From the NCBI GenBank assembly GCA_001776505.1, contig MFBV01000044.1, positions 1 through 38,941 on the forward strand: DNA of 38,941 nt. Reading direction: 5' to 3'. The notes below the pieces were generated by a model. That model made no database searches. It was given only the letters and a program-made list of their open reading frames with translations, and was not told the origin of the DNA. This stretch comes from Candidatus Curtissbacteria bacterium RIFCSPLOWO2_02_FULL_40_11 (GTDB lineage: Bacteria; Patescibacteriota; Microgenomatia; Curtissbacterales; GWA2-41-24). Positions within the stretch are counted from its first letter, which is position 1. Each line of letters opens with the position of its first letter. This document shows, piece after piece, positions 10,021 through 18,971 of this stretch. The position numbers and the translations under genes were made by a program.

Positions 10021-10447
10021 TAATTTTCTTCCCAGCTAGATCTTGGCCACCTGCATAAGTTGCGGTTGTCTTATTAACTTTAAATTCAATTTCTCCAACC
10101 AAATCATTACCGCTGGAAAGCTGAACCTTATGAATTCCAGAAACTTGAAGAGGGAAATTGACGAGTTCGGTCATGACATTGGCTTTGCCGTTTGGACCTA
10201 GCTTAATTTTGAATTCTTTATCTGGGAATTCCTTCTCTACTTTTTCCGGAGGAATTAATTTTAGAGTCAGAGGATATTCCTGACTCGCTTCCCCGCGTAC
10301 AACTGCTACTAAATACATTTTGGGCCAAGCGATTGGGAGGTTTTTGACAAAGAACTGATCAAAAATCCCTATAATTGATAATTTTTGTTCTTGGGAAACG
10401 CTTGCATGGTCACAAAGGACAAAGATATCTGTAGAAAGATTTGCCAT
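10013..10447 (-). CDS. Conserved hypothetical protein (DUF6941-like) between dnaK and dnaJ
   Basis: N-terminal LCDHA....KLSIIGIFD pattern, beta-rich; family call from recognition only. Confidence 0.65.
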   Translation of the reverse strand: MANLSTDIFVLCDHASVSQEQKLSIIGIFDQFFVKNLPIAWPKMYLVAVVRGEASQEYPLTLKLIPPEKVEKEFPDKEFKIKLGPNGKANVMTELVNFPLQVSGIHKVQLSSGNDLVGEIEFKVNKTTATYAGGQDLAGKKITN

Positions 10448-10448
10448 G

Positions 10449-12374
10449 TTAATCTTTGACTACTTCGCCTTCTTGAACTTCGCCGGAATCTTTGTCTTCT
10501 TTTTCATCTTTGCTGTTGGCTTTTTTCTTATCATCTGTCTGACCATTTGTTGATTGATCAGCCCCTTCTTGAGTTTGTCCTTGAGCTTTACTCATTGCTT
10601 CACCGATTTTTGATAGAGACGATGAAAGTTCTTCGGTCTTTTGCTTCACTTCGTCCACGGGACCAGCTGCCTGGATATCTTTTACAGCTTTAATTTTTTC
10701 CTCAACTTCTTTGCGTGTATCTTCGCCAACTTTGTCACCGGCGTCTTTTAGAGATTTCTCTGCTTGATACACAAGAGAATCAGCCTGATTTCTAGTTTCA
10801 ATTTCATCTTTTTTAGTCTCATCTTCTTTGGCGTGTTCTTCCGCCTCGCGGGTCATGCGCTTTATTTCCTCGTCAGTTAAGCCGGTCGAGCCAGTAATCT
10901 TAATTGATTGTTCTTTGCCAGAAGTTTTGTCTTTGGCTTTTACATTTAGAATTCCATTTGTGTCAAGATCAAAAGTTACTTCGACTTGTGGAACACCACG
11001 CGGTGCCGGGGGAATTCCGTCCAAAATAAATCTTCCAAGTGATTTGTCGTCTGTAGCCATTGGCCTTTCCCCCTGCAGTACATTTATTTCTACTGTGGTC
11101 TGATTGTCGGCGGCTGTTGAAAAAACTTCTGATTTAGAAGTTGGAATAGTAGAGTTTTTAGTTATTAGTGGGGTTGATACTCCACCTAAAGTTTCGATTC
11201 CCATTGTAAGTGGGGTGACGTCAAGCAGAACCATTTCTTTCATTTCGCCGGTTAATACTCCGCCTTGAACTGCAGCACCAACAGCTACAACCTCATCAGG
11301 GTTTAAGCCTTTGTGTGGTTCTTTACCGAAAAATTCCTGGACTTTTTTAACAACCAGCGGCATCCTTGTCATTCCACCAACAAGAATTACTTCGTCGATT
11401 TTTTTAGAGTCCAACTTTGAGTCTTTAAGCGCAGTTTCGACCGGCTTGAATGTTTTATCTACCAAATCGCCTACAATTGCTTCGAGTTTAGACCTGGACA
11501 ATTTTACCTGCAAATGTTTTGGCCCGGCACTATCTGCCGTTAAGTAGGGAATCGAAACTTCTGTTTCTGCGGTACCTGAAAGTTCTATCTTTGCTTTTTC
11601 GGCAGCATCTCTTAGGCGCTGGAGAGCTTGCTTATCATCTTTAACGTCGATTCCCTGTTCTTTTTTAAACTCAGATGCCAGAAAGTCAATAATTTTGGCA
11701 TCAAAATCGTCACCACCTAAATGAGTATCACCGTTCGTCGCCTTTACTTCGAATACTCCTTCGCCAAGTTCAAGAATTGAAATATCGAAAGTTCCGCCGC
11801 CAAGATCGTAAACAGCAATTGTATGAGCGTGGGATTTATCCAATCCATAAGCAAGGGCTGCTGCGGTTGGTTCGTTGATGATTCTTTCAACTTTGAAGCC
11901 AGCAATTTCCCCGGCTTGTTTGGTTGCTTGTCTTTGGGAGTCGTCGAAATAAGCTGGAACCGTAATTACTGCTTTTTCTACTTTTTCCCCAAGATAACTT
12001 TCGGCGTCTTTTTTAATTTTCCCCAAAACCATTGCCGAAATTTCCTGAGGTGTATAATCTCTTCCATCTACACTGACGACAGCCATACCCTCACGGCCAT
12101 CTTTGATTTCGTAAGGAAGCCATTTAAGATCTTTTTGGACTTCGGGATCTTTGTATTTTCGTCCCATCAGACGTTTCACTGAAAATACAGTAGTTTTCGG
12201 ATTAACGACCATTTGTCTTTTTGCGGGTTCACCCACAACGTTTTTGGTTGGGTCTACAACAGAAGGAATTGTATTTTTGCCTTCGGCTGAGTGAATGATT
12301 TTTGGTTTACCGGCTTCTACAACAGCAACCGCTGAATTGGTAGTTCCTAAATCTATGCCGATGACTTTACTCAT
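10449..12374 (-). CDS. dnaK: Chaperone DnaK
   Basis: [36 protein letters not shown]. Confidence 0.99.
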   Translation of the reverse strand: MSKVIGIDLGTTNSAVAVVEAGKPKIIHSAEGKNTIPSVVDPTKNVVGEPAKRQMVVNPKTTVFSVKRLMGRKYKDPEVQKDLKWLPYEIKDGREGMAVVSVDGRDYTPQEISAMVLGKIKKDAESYLGEKVEKAVITVPAYFDDSQRQATKQAGEIAGFKVERIINEPTAAALAYGLDKSHAHTIAVYDLGGGTFDISILELGEGVFEVKATNGDTHLGGDDFDAKIIDFLASEFKKEQGIDVKDDKQALQRLRDAAEKAKIELSGTAETEVSIPYLTADSAGPKHLQVKLSRSKLEAIVGDLVDKTFKPVETALKDSKLDSKKIDEVILVGGMTRMPLVVKKVQEFFGKEPHKGLNPDEVVAVGAAVQGGVLTGEMKEMVLLDVTPLTMGIETLGGVSTPLITKNSTIPTSKSEVFSTAADNQTTVEINVLQGERPMATDDKSLGRFILDGIPPAPRGVPQVEVTFDLDTNGILNVKAKDKTSGKEQSIKITGSTGLTDEEIKRMTREAEEHAKEDETKKDEIETRNQADSLVYQAEKSLKDAGDKVGEDTRKEVEEKIKAVKDIQAAGPVDEVKQKTEELSSSLSKIGEAMSKAQGQTQEGADQSTNGQTDDKKKANSKDEKEDKDSGEVQEGEVVKD

Positions 12375-12387
12375 GTTTAGTCCTTCT

Positions 12388-12474
12388 TAATTTTTAATTT
12401 ATAATTTTCAATTTTAAATGAATTTCTAATAATTAAATTTAAAAAATTGAGTTCAAATTTCAAATTTAAAATTC
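12388..12474. repeat. AT-rich 7-nt periodic inverted arrays between grpE and dnaK
   Basis: aattttt aatttat aattttc aatttta ... aaaattg ... aaatttc aaattta aaatt. Confidence 0.5.
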
Positions 12475-12978
12475 TTATGCATAATCACCAAAGTCACTTA
12501 CTTCCTCAGCTTTCTTCTCGGCCTCCGCATCAACTTTTTTCTTAGTAACAATTACTTTTGCATGTCTTAAAACTGTATTCTCTATTTTATATCCTTTGGC
12601 TAGTACCTTCACTACCATATTTTCTTTTTCTCCTTCTTGAGTCTCGATTGCTTCATGAAATTCTGGATTAAACTGCGCACCTTCTGCTGCAATTTCTTCA
12701 ACGCCTTCTTGTGTAAAAATATCTTTAAATTGTTTTACAACCATTTCTAAACCTTCATCTTTTAAATGTGCTTGAGCTTTTTCCAGGTTCTCCAGTACAG
12801 GAATCAGTTTTTCTATTAAAAGACTTGCGGAAAGTCTGGAAAGAAGCTTTCTTTCCTCTTCAACTCTTTTTTCTAAGTTTTGATAATCGGCAAGAGCACG
12901 CTTGAGTTGACTCTCAAGTTCGTGAGTTTTGGCAACGTTTTTAGAATTTGTTTTTCCTGCTTTTGTTGCTTTCGGCAT
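12475..12978 (-). CDS. grpE: Nucleotide exchange factor GrpE
   Basis: RALADYQNLEKR, FNPEFHEAI, KGYKIENTVLRHAKV. Confidence 0.97.
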   Translation of the reverse strand: MPKATKAGKTNSKNVAKTHELESQLKRALADYQNLEKRVEEERKLLSRLSASLLIEKLIPVLENLEKAQAHLKDEGLEMVVKQFKDIFTQEGVEEIAAEGAQFNPEFHEAIETQEGEKENMVVKVLAKGYKIENTVLRHAKVIVTKKKVDAEAEKKAEEVSDFGDYA

Positions 12979-12980
12979 AT

Positions 12981-13700
12981 TTACCTTCCTACTTCAGAAA
13001 GAAGTTGAGAAAAATATTTCATTGTTGGAATTATCATTGAATAATTCAACCTTGACGGACCAATAATGCCAAGAAAGCCTTGATGCGTCGGCATTTGATA
13101 GCGAGTAACTACAAAACTGCATGGTTCAAGATAAGGAATACCGAGTTCTTCTCCAAATAAAATTCTGAGCTTTTCTTCGCGTGGAAGTTGATTCATTATC
13201 GGCGCAAGCATCTCTGCTTTGTCTAACATGGAAAGTATTTGTTTGGTTATGTCGATATCGTAAAACTCTGGCATATCTAAAATATTTGCCATGCCTGCCG
13301 AATAAAGATCTCCTACGTCGTCGGTTACAACTGCAAGAGACCTTGTTTGGTCAGCTAAAGCTTTAGCTGTATGTCGGAGAAGTTTTTCATAAGGTTCGTT
13401 TGGTTCGGTTAATTCTTCTTTAATGGCAACTTCATCCTTTAGTGAAAGCGATTTTTCTTCCATTAGTTGGTCGACGTAGAATTTCATGCCAGCAGAAGTT
13501 GGAACACGGCCTGCAGAAGTGTGGAGTTGCTTTAGATAACCCATGTTGGTGAGTTTGACCATTTCGTTTCTGATAGTTGCCGGTGAAACTCCTAGTGAGG
13601 ATTCCTTTTCAATAGTTTCCGAGCCAACAGCTTCTGCGGTTTCGATATATTTTTCGATAATTACCCGAAGTAAATTTTTGTGGCGTTCGGTTAAATCCAT
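12981..13700 (-). CDS. hrcA: Heat-inducible repressor HrcA (short form)
   Basis: YIETAEAVGS, VSPATIRNEM, LHTSAGRVPT, GIIGPSRLNY. Confidence 0.96.
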   Translation of the reverse strand: MDLTERHKNLLRVIIEKYIETAEAVGSETIEKESSLGVSPATIRNEMVKLTNMGYLKQLHTSAGRVPTSAGMKFYVDQLMEEKSLSLKDEVAIKEELTEPNEPYEKLLRHTAKALADQTRSLAVVTDDVGDLYSAGMANILDMPEFYDIDITKQILSMLDKAEMLAPIMNQLPREEKLRILFGEELGIPYLEPCSFVVTRYQMPTHQGFLGIIGPSRLNYSMIIPTMKYFSQLLSEVGR

Positions 13701-13706
13701 AGAGAG

Positions 13707-13744
13707 TTAGCAGACAATGTATCACGAGTGCTAATATTTGTCAA
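13707..13744 (-). promoter_or_regulatory. CIRCE-like operator overlapping the sigma70 promoter of the hrcA operon
   Basis: TTAGCACTC-N10-GTCTGCTAA at 13707-13734; TTGACA (13739-44), 17 nt, TACATT. Confidence 0.85.
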
Positions 13745-13751
13745 GAGGAAA

Positions 13752-14273
13752 TTAAACACCAAAATATTCCAGAGTATAAGTTTGTCTATCAGTGGTTACT
13801 TTTGATTTATAAACCGGAAGGCTTCTTTTTCTTCCCCTTAAGAAAAACTCTTCGGTCATTTTGTAGTCGCTTGGAATAAATAAATCTCTATTTTGTCTCA
13901 TTTCCCCCTTTGTGAACCATCTGACTTCACCCTCAGTTTGAGTTTTGGCATGATCTGTTTCAGCTGTGGTTTCACAAACCCAAATTACAAAATGATTTGT
14001 AATTTTGCCATCAGTTTGTAAATGTTCAACGACGACTCCCTTTATACTAACAAACTTAACGTTTAGTCCGGTTTCTTCGAGAGTTTCTCTAACAATCGCA
14101 TCTTCAATATCTTCTCCAAATTCTATTTTGCCGCCAATCATACTCCAGAAACCTTCGTATGGTGGCTTTGTCCTTTTTATGAATAGCAATTTATCACCAT
14201 ATATAACCGGACTTGCAGCAACGTTTTCAATCTGTAAAGTTTCTTCTTCTTTCACTGGATTTCTCTCAGACAT
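13752..14273 (-). CDS. NUDIX hydrolase
   Basis: Nudix box GGKIEFGEDIEDAIVRETLEETGL. Confidence 0.92.
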   Translation of the reverse strand: MSERNPVKEEETLQIENVAASPVIYGDKLLFIKRTKPPYEGFWSMIGGKIEFGEDIEDAIVRETLEETGLNVKFVSIKGVVVEHLQTDGKITNHFVIWVCETTAETDHAKTQTEGEVRWFTKGEMRQNRDLFIPSDYKMTEEFFLRGRKRSLPVYKSKVTTDRQTYTLEYFGV

Positions 14274-14344
14274 ATTTTAGGCATCATTTTAACATTTCAG
14301 GCACGTCAATTTGCATCACTTCAACTTGAAATCGAAATATCTTC

Positions 14345-14370
14345 ACTTTAATGATTTAAATCATTAAAGT
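14345..14370. repeat. Perfect 26-bp palindrome ACTTTAATGATTTAAATCATTAAAGT
   Basis: Self reverse-complementary; homolog at 33581-33606. Confidence 0.85.
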
Positions 14371-14442
14371 ATTTAGCCTTAATTTTTACCGGATTTGTGG
14401 AGCCGACGGCAACTTTCATGCTTGATGTATAATACTTTTGTG

Positions 14443-14937
14443 ATGACAGAAAGACAAGATAAGTCTTCGGCGGTGATAGCTGAAAAAGCGATGATTGAAG
14501 AGATAGGAACCCTTGGCAATTCTCCTCAGAAAAGAGCGATATTCTTAAAAGCCTTTGGACGTTTTAGACAACAAGTAATTGACCTTGATCATGTCGAAGG
14601 TCTTGTTGTCGGTTTTAATAGAAAGGAAGAAACTATAAACGTAGTTCACCTCCTGAAAGATCCTGAGCCTAACCCCGAAGAAAGAATATTTGAGGAAACC
14701 TTTAAAGCAATGTTCACTAATGCTGACCCGTTTGATAGGGATCTTCTTTTAATTTCCACAGCTTACGCAAAATTAGCACCAGCATTCAGGGGTTCAACAG
14801 TTAAAGTTTTTGTATTCACTGCCCCTCTTGATATTAATCTGGAAGTTGCCTACACAAAAAATGTTCGTGATAGTTCCCATCCTATGGTACTTATATCTAA
14901 GAGTAATACTCCTAGATTGCTTTCAGCTGCAGCCTAA
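14443..14937 (+). CDS. Hypothetical protein (ORFan-like)
   Basis: Open frame; likely start MTERQD, 9 nt after TG-TATAAT. Confidence 0.65.
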   Translation: MTERQDKSSAVIAEKAMIEEIGTLGNSPQKRAIFLKAFGRFRQQVIDLDHVEGLVVGFNRKEETINVVHLLKDPEPNPEERIFEETFKAMFTNADPFDRDLLLISTAYAKLAPAFRGSTVKVFVFTAPLDINLEVAYTKNVRDSSHPMVLISKSNTPRLLSAAA

Positions 14938-14940
14938 CTT

Positions 14941-15014
14941 TTATATTTTTAAAACTGCAAGAAAGCCTCCTGCGGTATATCTACTTGTCCAAAGCGGCGC
15001 ATGCGCTTTTTGCC
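14941..15014 (-). pseudogene. lepA: Displaced recoded lepA 3'-end copy
   Basis: GKKRMRRFGQVDIPQEAF(L)AVLKI* with a 1-nt deletion, versus active GKKRMRRFGNIDIPQEAFLAVLKI*. Confidence 0.93.
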
Positions 15015-15380
15015 TTAATGCGAATATAATTTAACTTCGGGCATTGGAAAATGCCGCTTATTGTAGGTAATTAATGTTAAATGAAAATTTGCGGCGGTTG
15101 CTGCAATCAGCATATCTGCAATATCAAGTCTGTACTTCTGTTTAAATGCGCCGGCTTTCTCTGCTATCTCGAAAGTAGCATCGAGGGGAAAGAAAATATT
15201 TTTTAGTTGCTTCACCACTTTTTCTGGCTGCTTGGTTAAACCGGCTCTAACTTCAGATATGGTAATAACGGAACAGTAAAGATTACCGATTTTTGAGAGG
15301 TTCTCTACTAGTCTTACTTCCTTTTCTCGACTCTTAAGAAACCAAATAATGACGTCTGAATCGACTAAATATTTATCCAC
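15015..15380 (-). CDS. vapC: VapC-like PIN-domain toxin
   Basis: YLVDSDVII, SVITISEV, DMLIAATA, LITYNKRHF. Confidence 0.92.
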   Translation of the reverse strand: MDKYLVDSDVIIWFLKSREKEVRLVENLSKIGNLYCSVITISEVRAGLTKQPEKVVKQLKNIFFPLDATFEIAEKAGAFKQKYRLDIADMLIAATAANFHLTLITYNKRHFPMPEVKLYSH

Positions 15381-15651
15381 GAATTTTCTTATTTAGACGA
15401 ACGTTCGTCGAGGCCCAAAGACTTCTTCGCCAAGCAGTCAGCTCCTTGTCCGATTTAAAATCTATACCGCCGGCTTTGGTCCATATTCCTTTTAATTTTT
15501 TCAAGCTTTCTTCCCTTTTAATTCTTGCGATTTTTTCTTTAAGGGCTTCTGCGATCACTTTACTTCTTTCTCTCGGGGAGATGATTTCCCTGAGATCTGC
15601 AGCTAAGTCTTTTGGTAATGTTATATTAATTCTGGAAACATTTGTGCTCAT
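15373..15651 (-). CDS. RHH-type antitoxin
   Basis: RINITLP..L..RSKVIAEAL; overlaps the toxin start. Confidence 0.85.
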   Translation of the reverse strand: MSTNVSRINITLPKDLAADLREIISPRERSKVIAEALKEKIARIKREESLKKLKGIWTKAGGIDFKSDKELTAWRRSLWASTNVRLNKKIRG

Positions 15652-15666
15652 AATCTATACACATTT

Positions 15667-15695
15667 ATAATACATACTTTAAATGCTCTTGTCAA
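15667..15695 (-). promoter_or_regulatory. Sigma70 promoter of the vapBC-like module
   Basis: TTGACA-17 nt-TATTAT with TG directly before the -10 box. Confidence 0.75.
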
Positions 15696-15704
15696 GGTCG
15701 TTTT

Positions 15705-17567
15705 TTAAATCTTTAACACAGCTAGGAACGCCTCTTGTGGTATGTCTATATTACCGAACCGCCTCATTCTTTTTTTACCTTTTTTCTGTTTCTCCAAGAG
15801 CTTTTTCTTGCGGGTGACATCCCCGCCATAGAGTTTTTGGGTGACGTCTTTGCGAAATGCAGGAATTGTTTCTCGGGCAATGATTTTTCCGCCGATTGCA
15901 GCTTGAAGGGGAATAGCTATCTGCTGGCGGGGAATAATGTCTTTTAATTTTTCTACCAGTTTTCTGCCAAATGTTTCGGATTTATCCTTATGTACCACCT
16001 GAGATAACCCTTCGACCTGTTCGTGATTAACTAAAATATCGAGTTTAACCAATTTTGATTCACGATACTCCCCGATTTCGAAATCAAAAGACGCAAAACC
16101 CGAAGTAGCACTTTTTAGCTGGTCATAAAAACCGATTAAAAGTTCGATTAAAGGAATTTCGGCTTCAATTTTTAAAGCGTTACCGATATTTTCAATATGT
16201 TTTTGTTCTCCTCTTTTGTCGTATATAAGATTAGAAATTACACCCATATATTTTTTGGGAGCAAATATTGTAACTATTGCAATTGGTTCTTTTAGAGATC
16301 TTGCCTGAGGATTAAACTGTTGAGCTTTATTAATAATTTCTCCGTCAACTTCAAAATTTACAGAAGGAGAAGTAACTATAATGTCTAAATCGTATTCTCT
16401 TTCCAGTCTCTCTTGAGTAATCTGCGCGTGTAGAAGCCCCAAAAATCCGCAACGGAAACCTTGGCCGAGTGATGTTGATGACTCCGAAGAAAAATTGAGT
16501 GCAGCGTCGTTTAGTTTTAATTTTTCGAGTCCTGTTTTCAATTTTTCGTGGTCATGAGGGTCGGTGGGATAAAAAGATAGGAAAACAACGGGCTTTGCTT
16601 CTTGATATCCGGGTAGAGAATTTGCGGGATTTTCGACGGTTGTTACTGTGTCTCCGACTTTTACGCAAGATAGATTTTTAATGTTTGTAATTATGTAACC
16701 GACTTCTCCATCTGATATTTTTTCAACTTGAGTGGGTTTTGGTGTCAAATAACCAATTTGCAGTACTTCGGCACGGGTTTTTGTTGCCAATAATAATATT
16801 TGATTACCAATTTTGATTTCACCACCAAAGAGCCTGATTGTTGCAATAACTCCTTTATAAGGGTCTAGAGAAGAATCGAATATTAAAGCCTGCAATCCCT
16901 CAGCTAAAGGCCAGGCCTTTTTGCTCACCGATAGACTAGACCCAAGGCCTGGCCTTGTTCTAGGTGATGGAACTTTTTTAATAATTGTTTCTATTACTTC
17001 TTCTACGTTTTCCCCTGTTTTTGCTGAAACTTTAATTATCTCGTCTTCTGAGAAACCCAATGCTTTTATTTCTTCGATGGTTTTTCCAATATTTGCCTGT
17101 GGGCTATCGATTTTATTGATAACTGGAATAATTGTGAGATTAGCGTCAAGCGACAATTTAAAATTGGCGAGTGTTTGTGCTTGAACTCCTTGCGTAGCGT
17201 CAACAATTAAAACTGCTCCTTCAACAGAAGCAAGAGATCTGGATACTTCGTAGGTAAAGTCAACGTGGCCGGGGGTATCGATGAGGTTCAGAATGTAATT
17301 CTGAACCGGTGAATGGTTAATGGTTAATGGTTCGTTGGCTTTTTCGTATTCGCGATGAACTATAAACGATGAACTATAAACCAGTCTTATAGCTTTAAGC
17401 TTAATCGTGATGCCGTATTCGCGTTCGAGTTCTAGACTGTCAAGAAGTTGTTCAGGGTGGCCCTTTTCGACAGCCCCGCAAATTTCCATGATGCGATCGG
17501 CAAGAGTTGATTTGCCGTGATCTATGTGTGCAACAAGACAGAAGTTACGGATGTTAGCTGTTTTCAT
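15705..17567 (-). CDS. lepA: Elongation factor 4 (LepA) with two in-frame repeat insertions
   Basis: AHIDHGKSTLADR, DTPGHVDF, GFRCGFLGLLH, KKLLEKQKKGKKRM. Confidence 0.98.
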   Translation of the reverse strand: MKTANIRNFCLVAHIDHGKSTLADRIMEICGAVEKGHPEQLLDSLELEREYGITIKLKAIRLVYSSSFIVHREYEKANEPLTINHSPVQNYILNLIDTPGHVDFTYEVSRSLASVEGAVLIVDATQGVQAQTLANFKLSLDANLTIIPVINKIDSPQANIGKTIEEIKALGFSEDEIIKVSAKTGENVEEVIETIIKKVPSPRTRPGLGSSLSVSKKAWPLAEGLQALIFDSSLDPYKGVIATIRLFGGEIKIGNQILLLATKTRAEVLQIGYLTPKPTQVEKISDGEVGYIITNIKNLSCVKVGDTVTTVENPANSLPGYQEAKPVVFLSFYPTDPHDHEKLKTGLEKLKLNDAALNFSSESSTSLGQGFRCGFLGLLHAQITQERLEREYDLDIIVTSPSVNFEVDGEIINKAQQFNPQARSLKEPIAIVTIFAPKKYMGVISNLIYDKRGEQKHIENIGNALKIEAEIPLIELLIGFYDQLKSATSGFASFDFEIGEYRESKLVKLDILVNHEQVEGLSQVVHKDKSETFGRKLVEKLKDIIPRQQIAIPLQAAIGGKIIARETIPAFRKDVTQKLYGGDVTRKKKLLEKQKKGKKRMRRFGNIDIPQEAFLAVLKI

Positions 17568-17568
17568 G

Positions 17569-18006
17569 TTATTTTGTTATTGATAAAAATACACTATTTT
17601 TTAAAGTATTTATACTTTGTAAATCTGCAGTGTGCGAAAAATGACCGATGTATGATTGCAGTGATTGATATGGAAGCCGATTTTTCGTAATTCTTTTGAA
17701 GACTCTCTTCTTAGTCTTCGTCTTAACCAACCGATAATGAGGTAAAACCGTGTATCCACAGAAATCAATTCCCCAATAAAATTTTCTTAAGAATATTTTA
17801 TTGGGATGAAGCTCGAGTCTTAGCTCGCTATCTAAAAACTGTTTTAATGTATTAATACATTGGTACAAGTGCTCTCTGTTTGAACCTAGAATTAGAAAAT
17901 CATCCGCGTATCGGAGGTAGTATCTTGTTTTTAGTTTGTGCTTAATAAATTGATCAAGCTAGTTTAAGTATATATTGGTAAATATCTGGCTGGTTAGATT
18001 GCCCAG
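17569..18006 (-). pseudogene. 5'-truncated DGR-type reverse transcriptase with in-frame stop
   Basis: LGNLTSQIFTNIYLN*LDQFIKHKLKTRYYLRYADDFLIL...LHPNK...GIDFCGY; YADD at 17899-17910, TAG at 17959-61; RT similarity lost upstream of about 18006. Confidence 0.9.
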
Positions 18007-18028
18007 TGTATACTTTGGCAACTAGTAG

Positions 18029-18061
18029 AGGTCCGACCTGTGATAGAGGTTGAACCTCTAT
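18029..18061. repeat. Tandem small hairpins AGGT-CCG-ACCT and ATAGAGGT-TGA-ACCTCTAT
   Basis: Perfect 8-bp stem at 18043-18061, between the DGR target and the RT remnant. Confidence 0.7.
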
Positions 18062-18134
18062 TTTCTGATCTGGTATTAATTTAAAAAAACGAAAACCAAA
18101 ATTCAAGAAGCCAAAATTCCCAAGATTTCAATTT

Positions 18135-18731
18135 TCAAATCTCAAGATTTGCAGGCACTACCACGGGGAAGGCAAAGACACCGCCAAGGGCACAGTCGCG
18201 GCGCCAGACGCAGACGCGCAATAGACCGTCAGGGCGGTACCGACCAACATCAGCAACGCGGGAACCAAACGTTTCGTCTGGTGTTCTTGCATGAAAACCA
18301 ACTAAAAGTTTCTTGCCTATTCGCTTTTGGTGTTCAATGTCAAGTTGCGTGTCAACATACGCATGAGCCATGATGGCTTTAACGCCTGGAACCTTAAGAT
18401 CTTGATCAAACTCGCCCTCAATCATTTCCTTCTGCCTGTCTAGAGCTCGCTCATTGCTTTTAGGAATGGGAACGCCTCTTTTTGTCTTTTTGTCTACAAA
18501 AGCAGCCGCTTCAAAAGAGACGGGTACCACAAGGCTTCTTAGATCTTGTGCTGCATTGACATAACCAAAATATTGTGCATCCTCAATTAGCTGTTGGGTA
18601 ATAGATTTGGGCCGGATTTGGCAAATGATAATTTCCTGACCAGCCTCCTTGGCCTTTTCGGCCAAAGCCTTGCTCTGCTCATTGGAAAACCTAAAAATTG
18701 ATTCTTCTTGTTCAGCGCGCTCAGCTGTCAT
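18135..18731 (-). CDS. Probable DGR target protein with C-terminal variable region
   Basis: Tail SRVADVGRYRPDGLLRVCVWRRDCALGGVFAFP: 5 A in 99 nt, 29/33 codons end in C/T; adjacent to a DGR RT remnant. Confidence 0.8.
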   Translation of the reverse strand: MTAERAEQEESIFRFSNEQSKALAEKAKEAGQEIIICQIRPKSITQQLIEDAQYFGYVNAAQDLRSLVVPVSFEAAAFVDKKTKRGVPIPKSNERALDRQKEMIEGEFDQDLKVPGVKAIMAHAYVDTQLDIEHQKRIGKKLLVGFHARTPDETFGSRVADVGRYRPDGLLRVCVWRRDCALGGVFAFPVVVPANLEI

Positions 18732-18786
18732 ATGGTTGCGGATTGTATATATTTATAGGTCTTTTTTCAACTTTGTAATTTTGGGC

Positions 18787-18953
18787 TTGCTGAAAACCTA
18801 CTTATTCCTGTCATTCCGAACTAGTTTCGGAATCTGAGCTTAGATCCTGAATCCCTTCGATTTCACTCAGGGCAAACAAGTTCAGGATGACAAATGGCTA
18901 GATTGTAACAATAACCTATTTTTAATTAATCATGACTGACAGGTTTTCAGCAA
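18787..18953. mobile_element. MITE-like element with 13-bp TIRs containing nested REP-like palindromes
   Basis: TTGCTGAAAACCT ... AGGTTTTCAGCAA enclosing TGTCATTCCGAAC..GTTCAGGATGACA (18809-18892), which encloses CCCTTCGA..CTCAGGG (18853-72). Confidence 0.65.
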
Positions 18954-18971
18954 CCTAAATTTTTATTGCCA

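Noticed and set aside
17569-18006. Group II intron or retron interpretation of the RT
   Set aside because: No domain V/VI-like RNA after the ORF (it abuts lepA); GNLTSQ motif and an adjacent VR-like gene favour a DGR.
18007-18134. Template repeat for the DGR
   Set aside because: No AAC-rich copy of the VR found here or elsewhere in the window by eye.
18754-18789. Possible displaced murJ tail (KPKIT versus RPPIT)
   Set aside because: Match too short and weak to distinguish from chance.
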